DNA of 53,048 nt from a virus. Lineage: Duplodnaviria > Caudoviricetes. Where the stretch lies: positions 1-53,048 of the IMG/VR virus record IMGVR_UViG_3300030090_003345. One strand, given 5' to 3'. Shown here in pieces: positions 18,101 through 27,836 of this stretch. The notes below the pieces were generated by a model. That model ran no database searches, was not told the origin of the DNA, and saw nothing but the letters and a program-made list of their open reading frames with translations. A program made the translations under genes and the position numbers. Numbering within the stretch: position 1 is the stretch's first letter; every line of letters begins with the position of its first letter.

Positions 18101-20609
18101 CTTCCACGGGATATGTTTCTGGGTAAACTATTGCACTTAACTCGTCTGCCGCCTCCTCTTTTCTAGCAAGAAACGCTAAGTACTGGTCTTGTATTACCGG
18201 GGGAGCGCGTTCTAGAGCACGTCTAGCTGTTACTGCTTCGGGACTAAGTACTTCCTCTCCTATGGCTAAAGTAAGGGGGCGTTGCATAAGAGGTAAAGGA
18301 ACGTCTACTCGTGCAGATACTGGACTTAAACGTCCTACCATTCTAAAAACGTCTGATGTTTTATCCCCTACAAAACGATTTACTTGTGGAATTATGGTAG
18401 CAATACTACCCAACGCGCCCAACATTCCTGAATAAAACTCACTTCCTTCTGCACCGGGAACTGAGCCTTGGTAAGAGAACTGATATACGGTCGCTCCTAC
18501 AAAAGTTGACCGTGCCTCTTGTAACCAAAATGCTTTTTCGGATGGAGGGAAACGAGCTTGAATGCTTAATTCTTGTAGGTCTTCTTTTTTCTTTTTGAGT
18601 GTGCCCTCTAGGAGAGTACGATATTCAGTCCCCCTGCCCACTTTACCCGGGTTTTTATCATTAGCTACAATTTTAAGCTCTAAATCCCGAATTTCTTTTT
18701 GTAATTTTTTTGCCTCAGGACCCACCAGTATTTTTCGTACCTCAGGAGATAGGCTAGTCTGTCGAGCAATGCCCCCATCTATAAGAGAAGCTAGCATCTC
18801 TCGTTTGAAGCCTAGTTTAGAGGACTGATCAAGAAACTCTTTAAATATTTCAAATGGACTTTTACCAGTTTGTTCAGCAATTTGTAAAGCTTGTAAGAAA
18901 GGGTCTTCCTCTAGCTTATTAAATGGTGTTCTAGGATCTAAACTCCACCGTTGTCTTGTCGCTTGATCAGCTAACTCTTTCTTTCTAGCTTTAAAAAGTT
19001 CTGCTGTGGCTTTTTCACCTTGATCTTCAACTATTTGTGCTCTAGAAAGACCGTAGTATTCTTCTACGTCAGCGTCGGTTATTTCAGTAGGAGATTTGCC
19101 CGGTCCATATTTTTGTGTTACGTATGCGGCAAAATCATCTAGCACTTTACCACTCATGACAGTGGTTATTCCTTTAACACCCCCTCCAAAAACTAAAGAT
19201 TCTAAGCCAAACTGAGTTAAAACACTGAACGCATCAGGGGTGTAGCCTAACATAAAGTCTATAGCGTCGGGGGAAAGGTCCGTCGTGCTTTCGTAGTACT
19301 CACGAACACTACCGTACACGAGAGGCATTTTTATGAAAGCACCGTTTCCATCAAGTTTATCTGTAATTTCATCGATGTTTTCTTGAGTAAGCCCCCTTTT
19401 TGTTGCGTCAATTGTGGATAGCATTGCGTCGGCGTCTTTAATTGCAAAGTCACTGTAAGCACCCATTTCAATAGCAGTTTCCGTCATTCGTAACGGTACG
19501 TCTAACGTAAAGTCAGTAATTACCCTGTCTAAAAAATTCAAACCTTTGCCTAACAAACCTGCTGTGTCGTAAATACCGCGACCTTTTCTTACGTATGTTA
19601 AACTATCATCTAAACCAAGAGTCCCCTGTCTTTTGGCAAGCATGACTTGTTTTGTAGGACCCAGATCGTATTTACGAACTAGTTTATTAAAAAAGTCTAG
19701 CCCGCCATCTTCAGTTTCACTGCGTAAAAAGAATCTAACCCCGGTGTAGTCTTGACCTATCGCATCACTTTTCTGCTCCATTCTTGCAAAAGTTTCTCTA
19801 GGGTTAAAGAGAGCACGATTTCCTTCAGAATCTTCTAACATATACACAAGAGAAGGATTACCTCTTACAGGTAAGAGTGTGCCGTCTTCCTGTTGCTGTT
19901 GTACAGTTCCCTCTGCTAGTTCTATTACCCGACCATTAATGTCTGTCGACTCACTCGTAAAAGCCTGTCCTCGCTCGTGTCCTCTGAAAACTTGCGGTGA
20001 ACCATCAGGACCGTATATAATCTCGCCTTTTTCATTAGCATCCACGTAGTAAAACTTACTTGCGTCTCTCAGCACTCTAATTTGGTTTGGAGATAAATCG
20101 TTGTTTCCGGGGGATGAAAACAGCAGTCGACGATACGTTGCACCGACTGTAGCACGTAGCTCGTTCCTGTTTTGAGGCGTGATTTTTCCTTGGGCTTCTA
20201 GTCCGTAAAATGTTGCGGGTAGTGTCTGATCGTTGGGATTGCCGTAATCGGCAAGTAGATCAGTGAGTTCTTTATTAGGATCAACAGGGGCGGCTTGTGC
20301 GGCAGAAATACCGGGGATAAAAGGTAAATTCGGTGCCTGTTCAGCTTCGGGTATAATCTCAACTTCTGGTTCCGGGGTTTGTTTTACTTCAACTCCGGGT
20401 AAAGCTTCAGCTACCTGTTGATCAACACTCTTTTCTTCTGGCGGTTTTTCTTGAATAAGCTGTCTTCCACGAATAAGATTGTTGTAATCTTGTTGCGTAA
20501 CTTCGCCCTGCACATCCGCAGGAGTTAGCGGGGCAGATATATTTCTAGCCGTGTTTACCCTAACATCTTCAGGTTTTTGTGGAGCTAGCGCATTTAAATT
20601 AACAGCCAT
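15135..20609 (-). CDS. Large internal virion (ejection) protein, putative
   Basis: 1824 aa at the end of the structural block; no catalytic motif recognised. Confidence 0.65.
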   Translation of the reverse strand: MAVNLNALAPQKPEDVRVNTARNISAPLTPADVQGEVTQQDYNNLIRGRQLIQEKPPEEKSVDQQVAEALPGVEVKQTPEPEVEIIPEAEQAPNLPFIPGISAAQAAPVDPNKELTDLLADYGNPNDQTLPATFYGLEAQGKITPQNRNELRATVGATYRRLLFSSPGNNDLSPNQIRVLRDASKFYYVDANEKGEIIYGPDGSPQVFRGHERGQAFTSESTDINGRVIELAEGTVQQQQEDGTLLPVRGNPSLVYMLEDSEGNRALFNPRETFARMEQKSDAIGQDYTGVRFFLRSETEDGGLDFFNKLVRKYDLGPTKQVMLAKRQGTLGLDDSLTYVRKGRGIYDTAGLLGKGLNFLDRVITDFTLDVPLRMTETAIEMGAYSDFAIKDADAMLSTIDATKRGLTQENIDEITDKLDGNGAFIKMPLVYGSVREYYESTTDLSPDAIDFMLGYTPDAFSVLTQFGLESLVFGGGVKGITTVMSGKVLDDFAAYVTQKYGPGKSPTEITDADVEEYYGLSRAQIVEDQGEKATAELFKARKKELADQATRQRWSLDPRTPFNKLEEDPFLQALQIAEQTGKSPFEIFKEFLDQSSKLGFKREMLASLIDGGIARQTSLSPEVRKILVGPEAKKLQKEIRDLELKIVANDKNPGKVGRGTEYRTLLEGTLKKKKEDLQELSIQARFPPSEKAFWLQEARSTFVGATVYQFSYQGSVPGAEGSEFYSGMLGALGSIATIIPQVNRFVGDKTSDVFRMVGRLSPVSARVDVPLPLMQRPLTLAIGEEVLSPEAVTARRALERAPPVIQDQYLAFLARKEEAADELSAIVYPETYPVEGLRGQPIVDRDDFVQAFVYTAGLLGLDGRMKEMASQTQHISRDVAKFSKKYGAMVENHVQKYSLTDKLGKILQALDPVKNTRGYDANSNLGIMLRDLQTFYDQSLKNLKFEEEVLLVAGATHLDNLKTAINGQAAARTPEEFAENNNTIKSLLALSVKEGMATEALEQQRTLRANGVKEENIPALPDNDNLPEVMYLPNATESSIDRVNETVDEVFTELAKLSDRNTKAKIPSSDVNNPNSLSSNDLLVSALLIQEQRAYHNASAPFNALRAEDSPYKDARIDTTDIFFELAGLNPRTLDNLDEAVWDLDEGAIEYILPILKEGETASRKIQGVQFKGPMQRQLLSLFESGAEESVEQFLIRFRERSPDTADEMVEKIYQAAELTEDSSFVDKFIAIKKFMVDELGGKLTQDAINELTPRIGLDVPTYMQIVSGISADLRKYRGKPEAVPLGEAKRALVDQAEENIFVNFHRYGERQTLPQFAKDWSAAKTNYLETYINPFREMSPAVARMLKSSSIKQDMNINFISDLLKESGYNKEILEPADALKLNRKLAMLFGVKQIDLNTPQGQVISNILTRYVYSTMEQLPGTKMMKNIVDYANDRTAILDKTIPNFNSVDVKFENLEDANGIKFKHFSPDIFVDVNGKPIIDPNRLDEVNAFEKIIPYVREANQAVTQMNTNISRGAETYTQALRSIRSPERMQLEAGLELARALDASENVGAKIVTIATSPNGLAKLDDMGLNFVRKYKQANPDAVNISDEEILTNWRVEIASAVQNHIFEDITTPANLSVSKEASNVTYAQRQVGINQDRLLDYIGYKGESVQPTERQRVIRELLQVDDTGPNVYDTFVRIGETLFGPNSSENANLVGLSRPLSGESLLSRGTSYFRGVISLRWLLSEAAIRAARQSEFELTKLILFDPRVAKEIEDTILKGDFNFDQPLAWVQLTTLAIARTQARADFLSDERDTSVVGAEFERAPLPRAPRDLDPSN

Positions 20610-20625
20610 CTAATTGTCCTTGCGT

Positions 20626-23370
20626 TTACCTTACTACTTGGATACTCTGGTTGTTTCCAGCATTTGGAACTTGGCTTTGAATTGAAACAGATTGAGACTG
20701 TCTTATATCTCTAATTACTGGCTTTAAATCACCAAACAAATCTCCAATACTCTTACTGCCGCCCCGTGCATCTGTTAAAAATTTATGCCCATGAGTTGCT
20801 AAAACTACTCTTGCGTTGCCTGATTGATAGTTTGCAAGGTACGTAGCCTGACGCTCAGCTTCTGCATACATTTTTTCTAAAATAACTCTTACAACATCTA
20901 CTCTTGCTATTTTACCTAACGCGCCTATTGCCGCGTCAGCGTTAGCCCTATCCGCATCTGATAGACGACCATTAGGATCATTCATGGATGCGTAAGCATA
21001 GGCCGCGATAGTTAGATGGTACTTTAAAAGAGCATCGGCTCTTTCAGCGTCTGTAAATGCTGTATTTGTAGACTTAGCTTTGAACTCTTGTAGTGTCTTG
21101 TTTGCTTTTTCAAACGTTTCTGCGTCTCTTGGGTCATCTGTGTTAAAAAGGGAGTTTAATCGCCCCCCTTCCATAAGAGAATCCTCTAATGTTTTGAAAA
21201 ATCCAAAACCTCTTGTTATACTTGCCTCAAAACCTACTGTTCCTCCAGCACCAATTGCATCAAGACCCCCTCCAGCAGAATCTTTTAGTCTTTGGGCCTG
21301 TTTTTGTCTGTTACTTAAATCAGCGTAGGCGCTTGCTGAAGTATTTCCAGTTACTGCATCATATGTGGCTTGTCCAAGAGGTACTCCACTCCGTCTAAAA
21401 GTAGTTACTTCCTCTACATCAGCGGCAGGTATGGTTGCTTGTAAAGCGATAATACTATTATTCGTACTTCCAAAATACGTTAAGTTTTTCGCTAATTTGT
21501 TTACCTCCTGCGTTCCTATTTGACCGACAGGAAATCTAAGCACTGTTCTACCGCCTTCTGTTACAGAAAACGAATATATGCGTTCTCCAGTTCTTGGATT
21601 TTTTCTATTAAGTATTTTTTTTGTATCTACTAGTGCATCATAAGCTTGTTCAGCACTTTTATTAGTAGAAAAAGCACCTAGATCATCTGTAGAAACTCTG
21701 TACGCATTTGCAGAATATACCGCAGACGACGTATCGGGTGCTCCACTTATTATTGTACCTAAAGTATACCCATCAACATCACTTTCGTTTTCTATATCAA
21801 GAAAAGTTTGTACAACTTCCGGTTTAAATACTGTTACCGTACCACCATCACCAGCGTCTACTTGTGTGGTAAAAGCTGGGTTTTCTCCTAGAGTGGGGTG
21901 TTGATGCACATACAAGTTATTTGCTAATTCTGGCTTTGTAGGATGAAGACTAAAACCACTAGCTCTTGCGGGATTATTTACCACTGGCTCTAATACTTCT
22001 ATTGCTTGTTTTAAAAACGTCTCACTGTCAAATCTTTTTTTCGCATAAGGAAACTTATCTCGTAGATAAAGAGCAATTGGAACAGCGACATAGAAGTTTT
22101 CGTATTCCACGTCCTCCCCACCATTTTTTAACTTGGTTTTAGTTGAACCCAAATCACTTTTTTGCCACATTGTAGCCGTAGCTATTAGTTGTTCTGTAAG
22201 CTTTTCAAGTTGTCTTGTAGCATTATTCTCAATCATCGCATCTATAATTTTTTCTGTAAAAGCAGAATTAAACCCCTCTACATCACGTCCCGCTTTCACT
22301 GCTTCGTTGGTAGTTATTCCAGATTTTCTAATTAGGTAATCTTCCCCTTCCACCAAGTTTTTCATCTCGTCCCCTTTTACAGGAAGATCGGGTTTGAGAT
22401 AGTGTACTGTAAACGACCCGTCGTCAGGATAATTGTCTCTCTTTAGCAGATAATTAAAACCATACGCTACTCCGGTGGTTTGATCTGTAATCTTGGGATC
22501 GTTTTCAGGTTTAGACGTATCCTGTTTTCCGGTGACACCACGAACCATTACCGTAATTACACCGTCACCACCTATTTCCACAAACGCTCGGTTTGAACTA
22601 CCCGCATTTATAAGTTCTTCGTTTCGTCGTTGAGCCTCTGCCTCTGCTTCCTCTTTGCTTGAAAAACTTGAAGTCGAAACTACGTTGGGTTTGTACGATG
22701 GTTTTCCGTTTTTTTGTTCTATGCCTACCGTCGCCTTGAAAGTTGTGTCCGTATTTTCGTTCAACTTATTGGCGAGATCTTGTGCTAGTGCTAGTGCCGC
22801 GTCATACGACATGGGAGGTATTGACCTTTTAGCAGATTTAATTACATGACCGTTTTTTTCGGAGTCATACATAGAATAGAAAACTTGGTCCGTCTCTTTT
22901 CCAATAGTCTCATTTAAATATTGAGCACGGGCCTCTGCTAGGTCTTGGCTTACAGGTAGAGTTCTCTCTATTATTTTGTTATCAGGACCAACACTAAAGT
23001 CTATAATAGGCACACGTCTGTCAGCAAGACCTTCAGGAAACGGAATTCCACGAGAAGGTTGAATGTTGTACAGAGCATCTAACCTTCGTACTTCAGCTAA
23101 AGCAGTTTCTCTTTCTTGATCACGTTGTACTTGGTCTAAAGCATCTAGTTGTCTTTGTTTCTCAACATCAGCCGCTACTCTTACCTGTTCTTCAAATAAC
23201 TTTTGCTGTTGTTCTATTAGTTGTTGCTCTATAGCCGCTGTTCTTTCTTGTTCAGCCTGACGTTCAGCGGCGGATGTAAATTTACCCGTCTTTGTGTCGT
23301 AGATTATTCCACGGTCATTGTACTCTCCAACCGCACCTGCCGCAAAAGCTGTTAAAAAACTACCCAACAT
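20626..23370 (-). CDS. Internal virion protein, putative
   Basis: About 914 aa; N-terminal FLTAFAAGAVG segment then coiled coil; GAGGAG SD fits ATG 23370. Confidence 0.6.
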   Translation of the reverse strand: MLGSFLTAFAAGAVGEYNDRGIIYDTKTGKFTSAAERQAEQERTAAIEQQLIEQQQKLFEEQVRVAADVEKQRQLDALDQVQRDQERETALAEVRRLDALYNIQPSRGIPFPEGLADRRVPIIDFSVGPDNKIIERTLPVSQDLAEARAQYLNETIGKETDQVFYSMYDSEKNGHVIKSAKRSIPPMSYDAALALAQDLANKLNENTDTTFKATVGIEQKNGKPSYKPNVVSTSSFSSKEEAEAEAQRRNEELINAGSSNRAFVEIGGDGVITVMVRGVTGKQDTSKPENDPKITDQTTGVAYGFNYLLKRDNYPDDGSFTVHYLKPDLPVKGDEMKNLVEGEDYLIRKSGITTNEAVKAGRDVEGFNSAFTEKIIDAMIENNATRQLEKLTEQLIATATMWQKSDLGSTKTKLKNGGEDVEYENFYVAVPIALYLRDKFPYAKKRFDSETFLKQAIEVLEPVVNNPARASGFSLHPTKPELANNLYVHQHPTLGENPAFTTQVDAGDGGTVTVFKPEVVQTFLDIENESDVDGYTLGTIISGAPDTSSAVYSANAYRVSTDDLGAFSTNKSAEQAYDALVDTKKILNRKNPRTGERIYSFSVTEGGRTVLRFPVGQIGTQEVNKLAKNLTYFGSTNNSIIALQATIPAADVEEVTTFRRSGVPLGQATYDAVTGNTSASAYADLSNRQKQAQRLKDSAGGGLDAIGAGGTVGFEASITRGFGFFKTLEDSLMEGGRLNSLFNTDDPRDAETFEKANKTLQEFKAKSTNTAFTDAERADALLKYHLTIAAYAYASMNDPNGRLSDADRANADAAIGALGKIARVDVVRVILEKMYAEAERQATYLANYQSGNARVVLATHGHKFLTDARGGSKSIGDLFGDLKPVIRDIRQSQSVSIQSQVPNAGNNQSIQVVR

Positions 23371-23968
23371 CTTCATTCTCCTCAGGCTCAGTCACTTCTA
23401 CAACATCTCCTTCCTGTAGCTCCGCATCAATAAATCCAGAAGGTATGCGGGGTTCACTAGGTGGTTTTTTCATACCAGCCTGTGCTTTCGCTGTTATTGC
23501 ATTGTCACGATCCAACATAAACTCATACAAATCAGGATTCCTAACTTTCATTAAGTCAAGAATTGTTTCATCAGACATACCTTCATCAGGCACAGCATCA
23601 GAGTCCTTCGCGTACAAATGTGCAGGAATACCGTATTTATCTGCCATACCCATAAGATAAAACGCAATTTGAGGTTTAATTAATTCAGCTACGTCTACAG
23701 AAAACTCCCCGTACATAAACCCCGCCATAGATATGGACGTTGCAATCTCTTCAGCAGACACACCTGCTAACATAAGCTTTCCAAAAGTAGCCTCTACTTC
23801 TGGCTGTTCCATCTGATCTAAAATGTTAGAAACAACAGCGTTGGGGTCAGTTTGTTGTGGAGGACTTTCCCAATTCCATTTTTGTGGCTCTTGTGTTAGA
23901 GACCATCCGGGAATAGCTTTTTGCATTCTATCTGGATTAATTTTTGGAGTAGGGCCAGTGCGATCCAT
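23360..23968 (-). CDS. Conserved virion-module protein
   Basis: IPGWSLT..P..WNWESPPQ motif typical of this phage group. Confidence 0.7.
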   Translation of the reverse strand: MDRTGPTPKINPDRMQKAIPGWSLTQEPQKWNWESPPQQTDPNAVVSNILDQMEQPEVEATFGKLMLAGVSAEEIATSISMAGFMYGEFSVDVAELIKPQIAFYLMGMADKYGIPAHLYAKDSDAVPDEGMSDETILDLMKVRNPDLYEFMLDRDNAITAKAQAGMKKPPSEPRIPSGFIDAELQEGDVVEVTEPEENEDVG

Positions 23969-23976
23969 AGTTTATC

Positions 23977-24483
23977 TCACTTTTTAATTCTTGAAATATT
24001 AGCTGTGCCTAACTTTGTAGTTAGGTCTTTTGTGCTAGGAGTTACAGCGGTTATTCTACTAACAGAAGCTTTAATGGTGGGTACACGACTATTTAAAGTT
24101 CTAAAAATACCGTTTAATACGCGGGGGTCAGCGTTCTGAAAGTACGCATCAGTCTGCGTAGAACGACCCCTTGCGGCGGCTACGCCTGATTGAAAATTTA
24201 AAGGAAGAGTGCTCTGTTGGGGTAACTGATAACCTTGAGGTTGACCACCCCCGCCTCCACCTAGTGCTTTTGTTGCAAAACCTGTAGCAAGATCCTTACC
24301 TGTGCCTTTAATGGCTTGATAGCCGAAACCAAGTAAACTACTGCCCCCAGCACCTCCTGCTGAATACGTCGCATCAAAGTTTTGAAAAGCACTAACAGCA
24401 CTTTGAACATAGCCCGACCCAAAGGCCCCACTTCCTACGTACGCATTATACCCGTTTGTTATTGCTTTCTTAAATAAACTCAT
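23977..24483 (-). CDS. Gly/Ala/Ser-rich putative ejection protein
   Basis: Composition and position; start moved to ATG 24483. Confidence 0.55.
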   Translation of the reverse strand: MSLFKKAITNGYNAYVGSGAFGSGYVQSAVSAFQNFDATYSAGGAGGSSLLGFGYQAIKGTGKDLATGFATKALGGGGGGQPQGYQLPQQSTLPLNFQSGVAAARGRSTQTDAYFQNADPRVLNGIFRTLNSRVPTIKASVSRITAVTPSTKDLTTKLGTANISRIKK

Positions 24484-24493
24484 GAGTATTTTC

Positions 24494-25849
24494 CTAACCA
24501 AATATAGTTCTAATCGCGGCTTTACCTAGTTCCCCAGCAAGACCATTACGTAACTGCGTATCGTAGACATCCTGATTTTCAGCTATTTCCATTGCTAACA
24601 TGCCTAGCTCATGTTCTCGTTGTACGGCACTTTCTGACATATTAAATATCCACGCCGCTTCATCACGGTACTTCTGCCAAAGTTTGTTTTGAGCCGATTG
24701 AGTTATGTTAAGTAAGTTTTGTGTATTAATTCTGTTAGTTTCGTTTTGAAGAGCAGTATTTGCTGTATTAATGTCTCGTCTCCACACAGCGTTTGATTGA
24801 TCTATTTGAACCGCAAGCTGTGTTTCAAACCTATCTCTTGCGTCATTAACAGAAGCAACAAACTGTTTCATAGCATTGCCTTCATTGACATTAAATTGCT
24901 CTTGAGCGGCAAGTCTATTGGCGTTGGCGTTAGCAACTTGAACTTGCATTTCAGCGTAAAATTGATCTACTTGCGCTTGAGAAGTTGCGTTAAATTGACG
25001 AGAGGCATTGACTGCCGCCTGATCTGTAAACATTTTTTGTGTTTCGGTTTGAAAATTTAACTCCAAAGCCCTCTGTTCTAGTGACAGGTTTTGCATGTCT
25101 AAATTTAAAAACGATTGTGCATTTGTCACAGCCGCCTGTCTACGGAAGTCTAAATTAGATTTATCCATTGCGGCATAAAGCGCGGCATTTTGTAAAGTTG
25201 CCTGTTGGCGATTACTAAGGTTAGTTAAATCTAAAGTAGCGTATAGTTGAGCATCTTGAGACGCAATAGGAATACCAGCTTCCATCACCGCTTGGGTAAT
25301 AGCCGCCGCCGCCATAGAGCTTGCCCCTAGACCTCGTTGTGCCATCATGGCACCTATGGTTCTTACCGCTGGTGCCGCCCAAGGGGGAGGAGGTTTGCCC
25401 TCTTCAAATGATTTGAATAACTCCCCCAGTTGGTATTTAATAGTAGACTTTTCAGAAACAACGCCTTGTTCTGCATCCACAAGACTTTGTTCAGATACTG
25501 TTCCGACAATATCCCCAATTAAAGCTTCTTGGGATAACTTACCTTGTGTTGTTGTAGCCTCCGGGGTGTTAGGTGACGCGTAATTCTCGTAAAACGCCGC
25601 TGATACTTTTTGAGGAACAGGAACTTCTAAATTATCTACTTTAGTTTGCTGAGGGGTAATTGTTAAATCAGGTGTAGTCACATCAGTTGTGATTGTCTCA
25701 CCTTCTTCTAATTTTTTTTCAGTGGGCGTAAACGCTGTTCCAGCAGGTAACTTTGGATCAACAGAAGTAATATCAGCCTGTTCTTTTACTTGTGAAACAA
25801 GCTCTTCTGGTTTTTTAATTTCTTGAATGATTTCTGCTTGCGTTGCCAT
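24494..25849 (-). CDS. Gln/Asn/Ala-rich internal virion protein, putative
   Basis: PPWAAPA..RGLGASS motif followed by a long Q/N-rich helical region. Confidence 0.65.
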   Translation of the reverse strand: MATQAEIIQEIKKPEELVSQVKEQADITSVDPKLPAGTAFTPTEKKLEEGETITTDVTTPDLTITPQQTKVDNLEVPVPQKVSAAFYENYASPNTPEATTTQGKLSQEALIGDIVGTVSEQSLVDAEQGVVSEKSTIKYQLGELFKSFEEGKPPPPWAAPAVRTIGAMMAQRGLGASSMAAAAITQAVMEAGIPIASQDAQLYATLDLTNLSNRQQATLQNAALYAAMDKSNLDFRRQAAVTNAQSFLNLDMQNLSLEQRALELNFQTETQKMFTDQAAVNASRQFNATSQAQVDQFYAEMQVQVANANANRLAAQEQFNVNEGNAMKQFVASVNDARDRFETQLAVQIDQSNAVWRRDINTANTALQNETNRINTQNLLNITQSAQNKLWQKYRDEAAWIFNMSESAVQREHELGMLAMEIAENQDVYDTQLRNGLAGELGKAAIRTIFG

Positions 25850-25852
25850 ATC

Positions 25853-26224
25853 TTACTTCTTTATCTTATTTAATATCGCATCGCCTACTTTATACCCAAA
25901 TGCACTAAGTACACTTACATAAAGAAGACCCTGATAAAATTCTGGTAAAGCTTTGAGAGCGGCAAAGCCCTCATGGAGTCGGGTAATAACGGTAAGATCG
26001 TCAAAAGTTACAGCGTATGCTATAGCTAGTATAGGGAATGTTAAGACAATTGTAAAGAAATCGTCCCTCCACCCTGAGTTATTTAAAGCAATTTTTTCCC
26101 ACTCTGACTTATCTGCTAATTTTTCTAGCTTTACATCTCTTTTAATTTTATGCTCTTTAACCTTGCCGTCCATCCAATCTTTAGCAAGACTAACTACGCC
26201 TGATAATACGGTTCCCCATATCAT
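25853..26224 (-). CDS. Holin-like membrane protein
   Basis: Amphipathic N-terminus, SGWRDDFF motif, two TM segments, LPEFYQ, basic tail. Confidence 0.55.
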   Translation of the reverse strand: MIWGTVLSGVVSLAKDWMDGKVKEHKIKRDVKLEKLADKSEWEKIALNNSGWRDDFFTIVLTFPILAIAYAVTFDDLTVITRLHEGFAALKALPEFYQGLLYVSVLSAFGYKVGDAILNKIKK

Positions 26225-26436
26225 GTCAAAATACCCCGTAGTTCTGCAACTTCTTCACCTTCTTCTAGAGGTTTAAATTGAGGTATACACGCCATATGGT
26301 CAGGGCTAATTGAATCGCCCATAATTGCTTTTGCCTCCATCCAGCATTGCTGGGGAGTTTCATACTCTTTTACTACATGTAACTGCATAATTCCCGGTTG
26401 GATAAACGTATACAGCATTCCGACTACAATCCACAT
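26221..26436 (-). CDS. Small two-Cys protein with hydrophobic N-terminus
   Basis: YETPQQCW...HMACI; resembles its neighbour. Confidence 0.65.
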   Translation of the reverse strand: MWIVVGMLYTFIQPGIMQLHVVKEYETPQQCWMEAKAIMGDSISPDHMACIPQFKPLEEGEEVAELRGILT

Positions 26437-26618
26437 TATATTTTCAGCTTATCCGTTTGGATACATACTGCCTCATAGTTAATTTTAGGTTGAGGTGCAG
26501 TTTTCATAAACACCTCTCTAGCTTCAAAACACTTAGCCATCGTTGTGTACACCCCGTTTGGAAAGTACTTAACTCCTGTGTCCATCGCAATAATCACGAC
26601 CATGAACCACGTTATCAC
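26436..26618 (-). CDS. Small two-Cys protein with hydrophobic N-terminus
   Basis: YTTMAKCF...YEAVCI. Confidence 0.65.
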   Translation of the reverse strand: MITWFMVVIIAMDTGVKYFPNGVYTTMAKCFEAREVFMKTAPQPKINYEAVCIQTDKLKI

Positions 26619-27067
26619 AATTTACCTTTAAAGTTCATGAACCACACTAGTGCGTAAATAAATATCCCAACGGCACAAAGAGTGCCGAGTATAATGCCAG
26701 CACTAATAAGGATTTCTTTAATTTGTTGCTTCTTACGGGCTTTCGCTTGTGCAATTCTTTTACGCTCATTTTCTTTCAATTGTTTCCGAGTGGCGATAAA
26801 TTTTTGGTAGTCATTCCAGAGGCCGGCACGACCACTGTAAATAAATAATTGTTTAATTTCAGCTTCACGCTGATTAATTTTTTCAAGCTCAAAGAAGGCT
26901 TCCATGTCACCGCCTTTTGCTTTTCTTTCAATTTGTTCTTTTGCGTCAGCAAGTTTAGTTAGTTGTGGGCCTAGTTCACCAACAGAGGTAATATGACCCG
27001 CAAATTCTTTAATAGCACCGATAGCATCGTTGGCTATCTTGACTGCGGCTATCGCTTCAAAAATCAC
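26615..27067 (-). CDS. Coiled-coil protein with C-terminal TM segment
   Basis: Start moved to GTG 27067 (TAGTG overlap); G..GLW motif; hydrophobic C-terminus. Confidence 0.7.
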   Translation of the reverse strand: MIFEAIAAVKIANDAIGAIKEFAGHITSVGELGPQLTKLADAKEQIERKAKGGDMEAFFELEKINQREAEIKQLFIYSGRAGLWNDYQKFIATRKQLKENERKRIAQAKARKKQQIKEILISAGIILGTLCAVGIFIYALVWFMNFKGKL

Positions 27068-27273
27068 TACACCACCTGCGTAATGAGTGCAACCACAGCC
27101 GAAATGACTGCAACAGTAGACATCATCACCATCGCCTCCAATCGCCATAGTCTTTTGTCAAGACCCTCTAGCTTGTCTTGCACGTAACTATAACGAATGG
27201 CACACTCCGCTTCATGTCTTTCTAACTGAAGTTTTGTTTCCATTTCTAAACTATGCTCTTGCTGTAATTTCAC
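27067..27273 (-). CDS. Small coiled-coil protein with C-terminal TM segment
   Basis: HEAECAIRY...LDKRLWRLE followed by a hydrophobic tail. Confidence 0.7.
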   Translation of the reverse strand: MKLQQEHSLEMETKLQLERHEAECAIRYSYVQDKLEGLDKRLWRLEAMVMMSTVAVISAVVALITQVV

Positions 27274-27836
27274 AGTTCTTCAGGCCAATCATGAATGGGT
27301 GCGTTGCCTGTCACATTATTATCTTTGTCAACAGGCACATCGTACAAAGCCATAAACTTTGCCAACGTATCACACGCATTTATTTTATCTTCAATAGTTC
27401 CCGACGCAGTGCGTACAGCCGCTCGGTAATCCAGTATGGTACTTGATACCTGTTTTCCCGTCTCTGCCTGTCTCGTAACGAGCCAATCAGACGATTGTAA
27501 GCGGCTTCTCGCTGTTTCTTTGCATCGTTGGATGGCGGTGTACTTGAGTCCTCTTGTGATGACTTGATTTCCTTTTTTATCCAAGATGGGATTTCCTTCG
27601 GAGTCAACCTCGTTGATGTCTGCAAGAGATCGTTCGATGAGTGACGTTTTTTCGGCATTCCACCCCCAGTAGAAGCGATTGTCATAGGATTTTGGATCTA
27701 AAGAAGTGTCGTTAGTTAAACCTGCCGCCGCTTTTTCTTCATCTGTCCAGTTGTTCCAATTGGAAGGATGTTTAATTCCATCAACAGAAGTCCACGACCT
27801 CCCGACTCTAATTACTTTTCCTGCGTGAACCCACAT
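27270..27836 (-). CDS. Putative tail fibre assembly chaperone
   Basis: Follows the fibre gene; L.SSDW...YRAAVR...WP motif. Confidence 0.65.
   Translation of the reverse strand: MWVHAGKVIRVGRSWTSVDGIKHPSNWNNWTDEEKAAAGLTNDTSLDPKSYDNRFYWGWNAEKTSLIERSLADINEVDSEGNPILDKKGNQVITRGLKYTAIQRCKETARSRLQSSDWLVTRQAETGKQVSSTILDYRAAVRTASGTIEDKINACDTLAKFMALYDVPVDKDNNVTGNAPIHDWPEEL

Noticed and set aside
15135-20609. Virion RNA polymerase in the 1824-aa protein
   Set aside because: No DxDGD-type or T7-type RNAP motifs recognised by eye.
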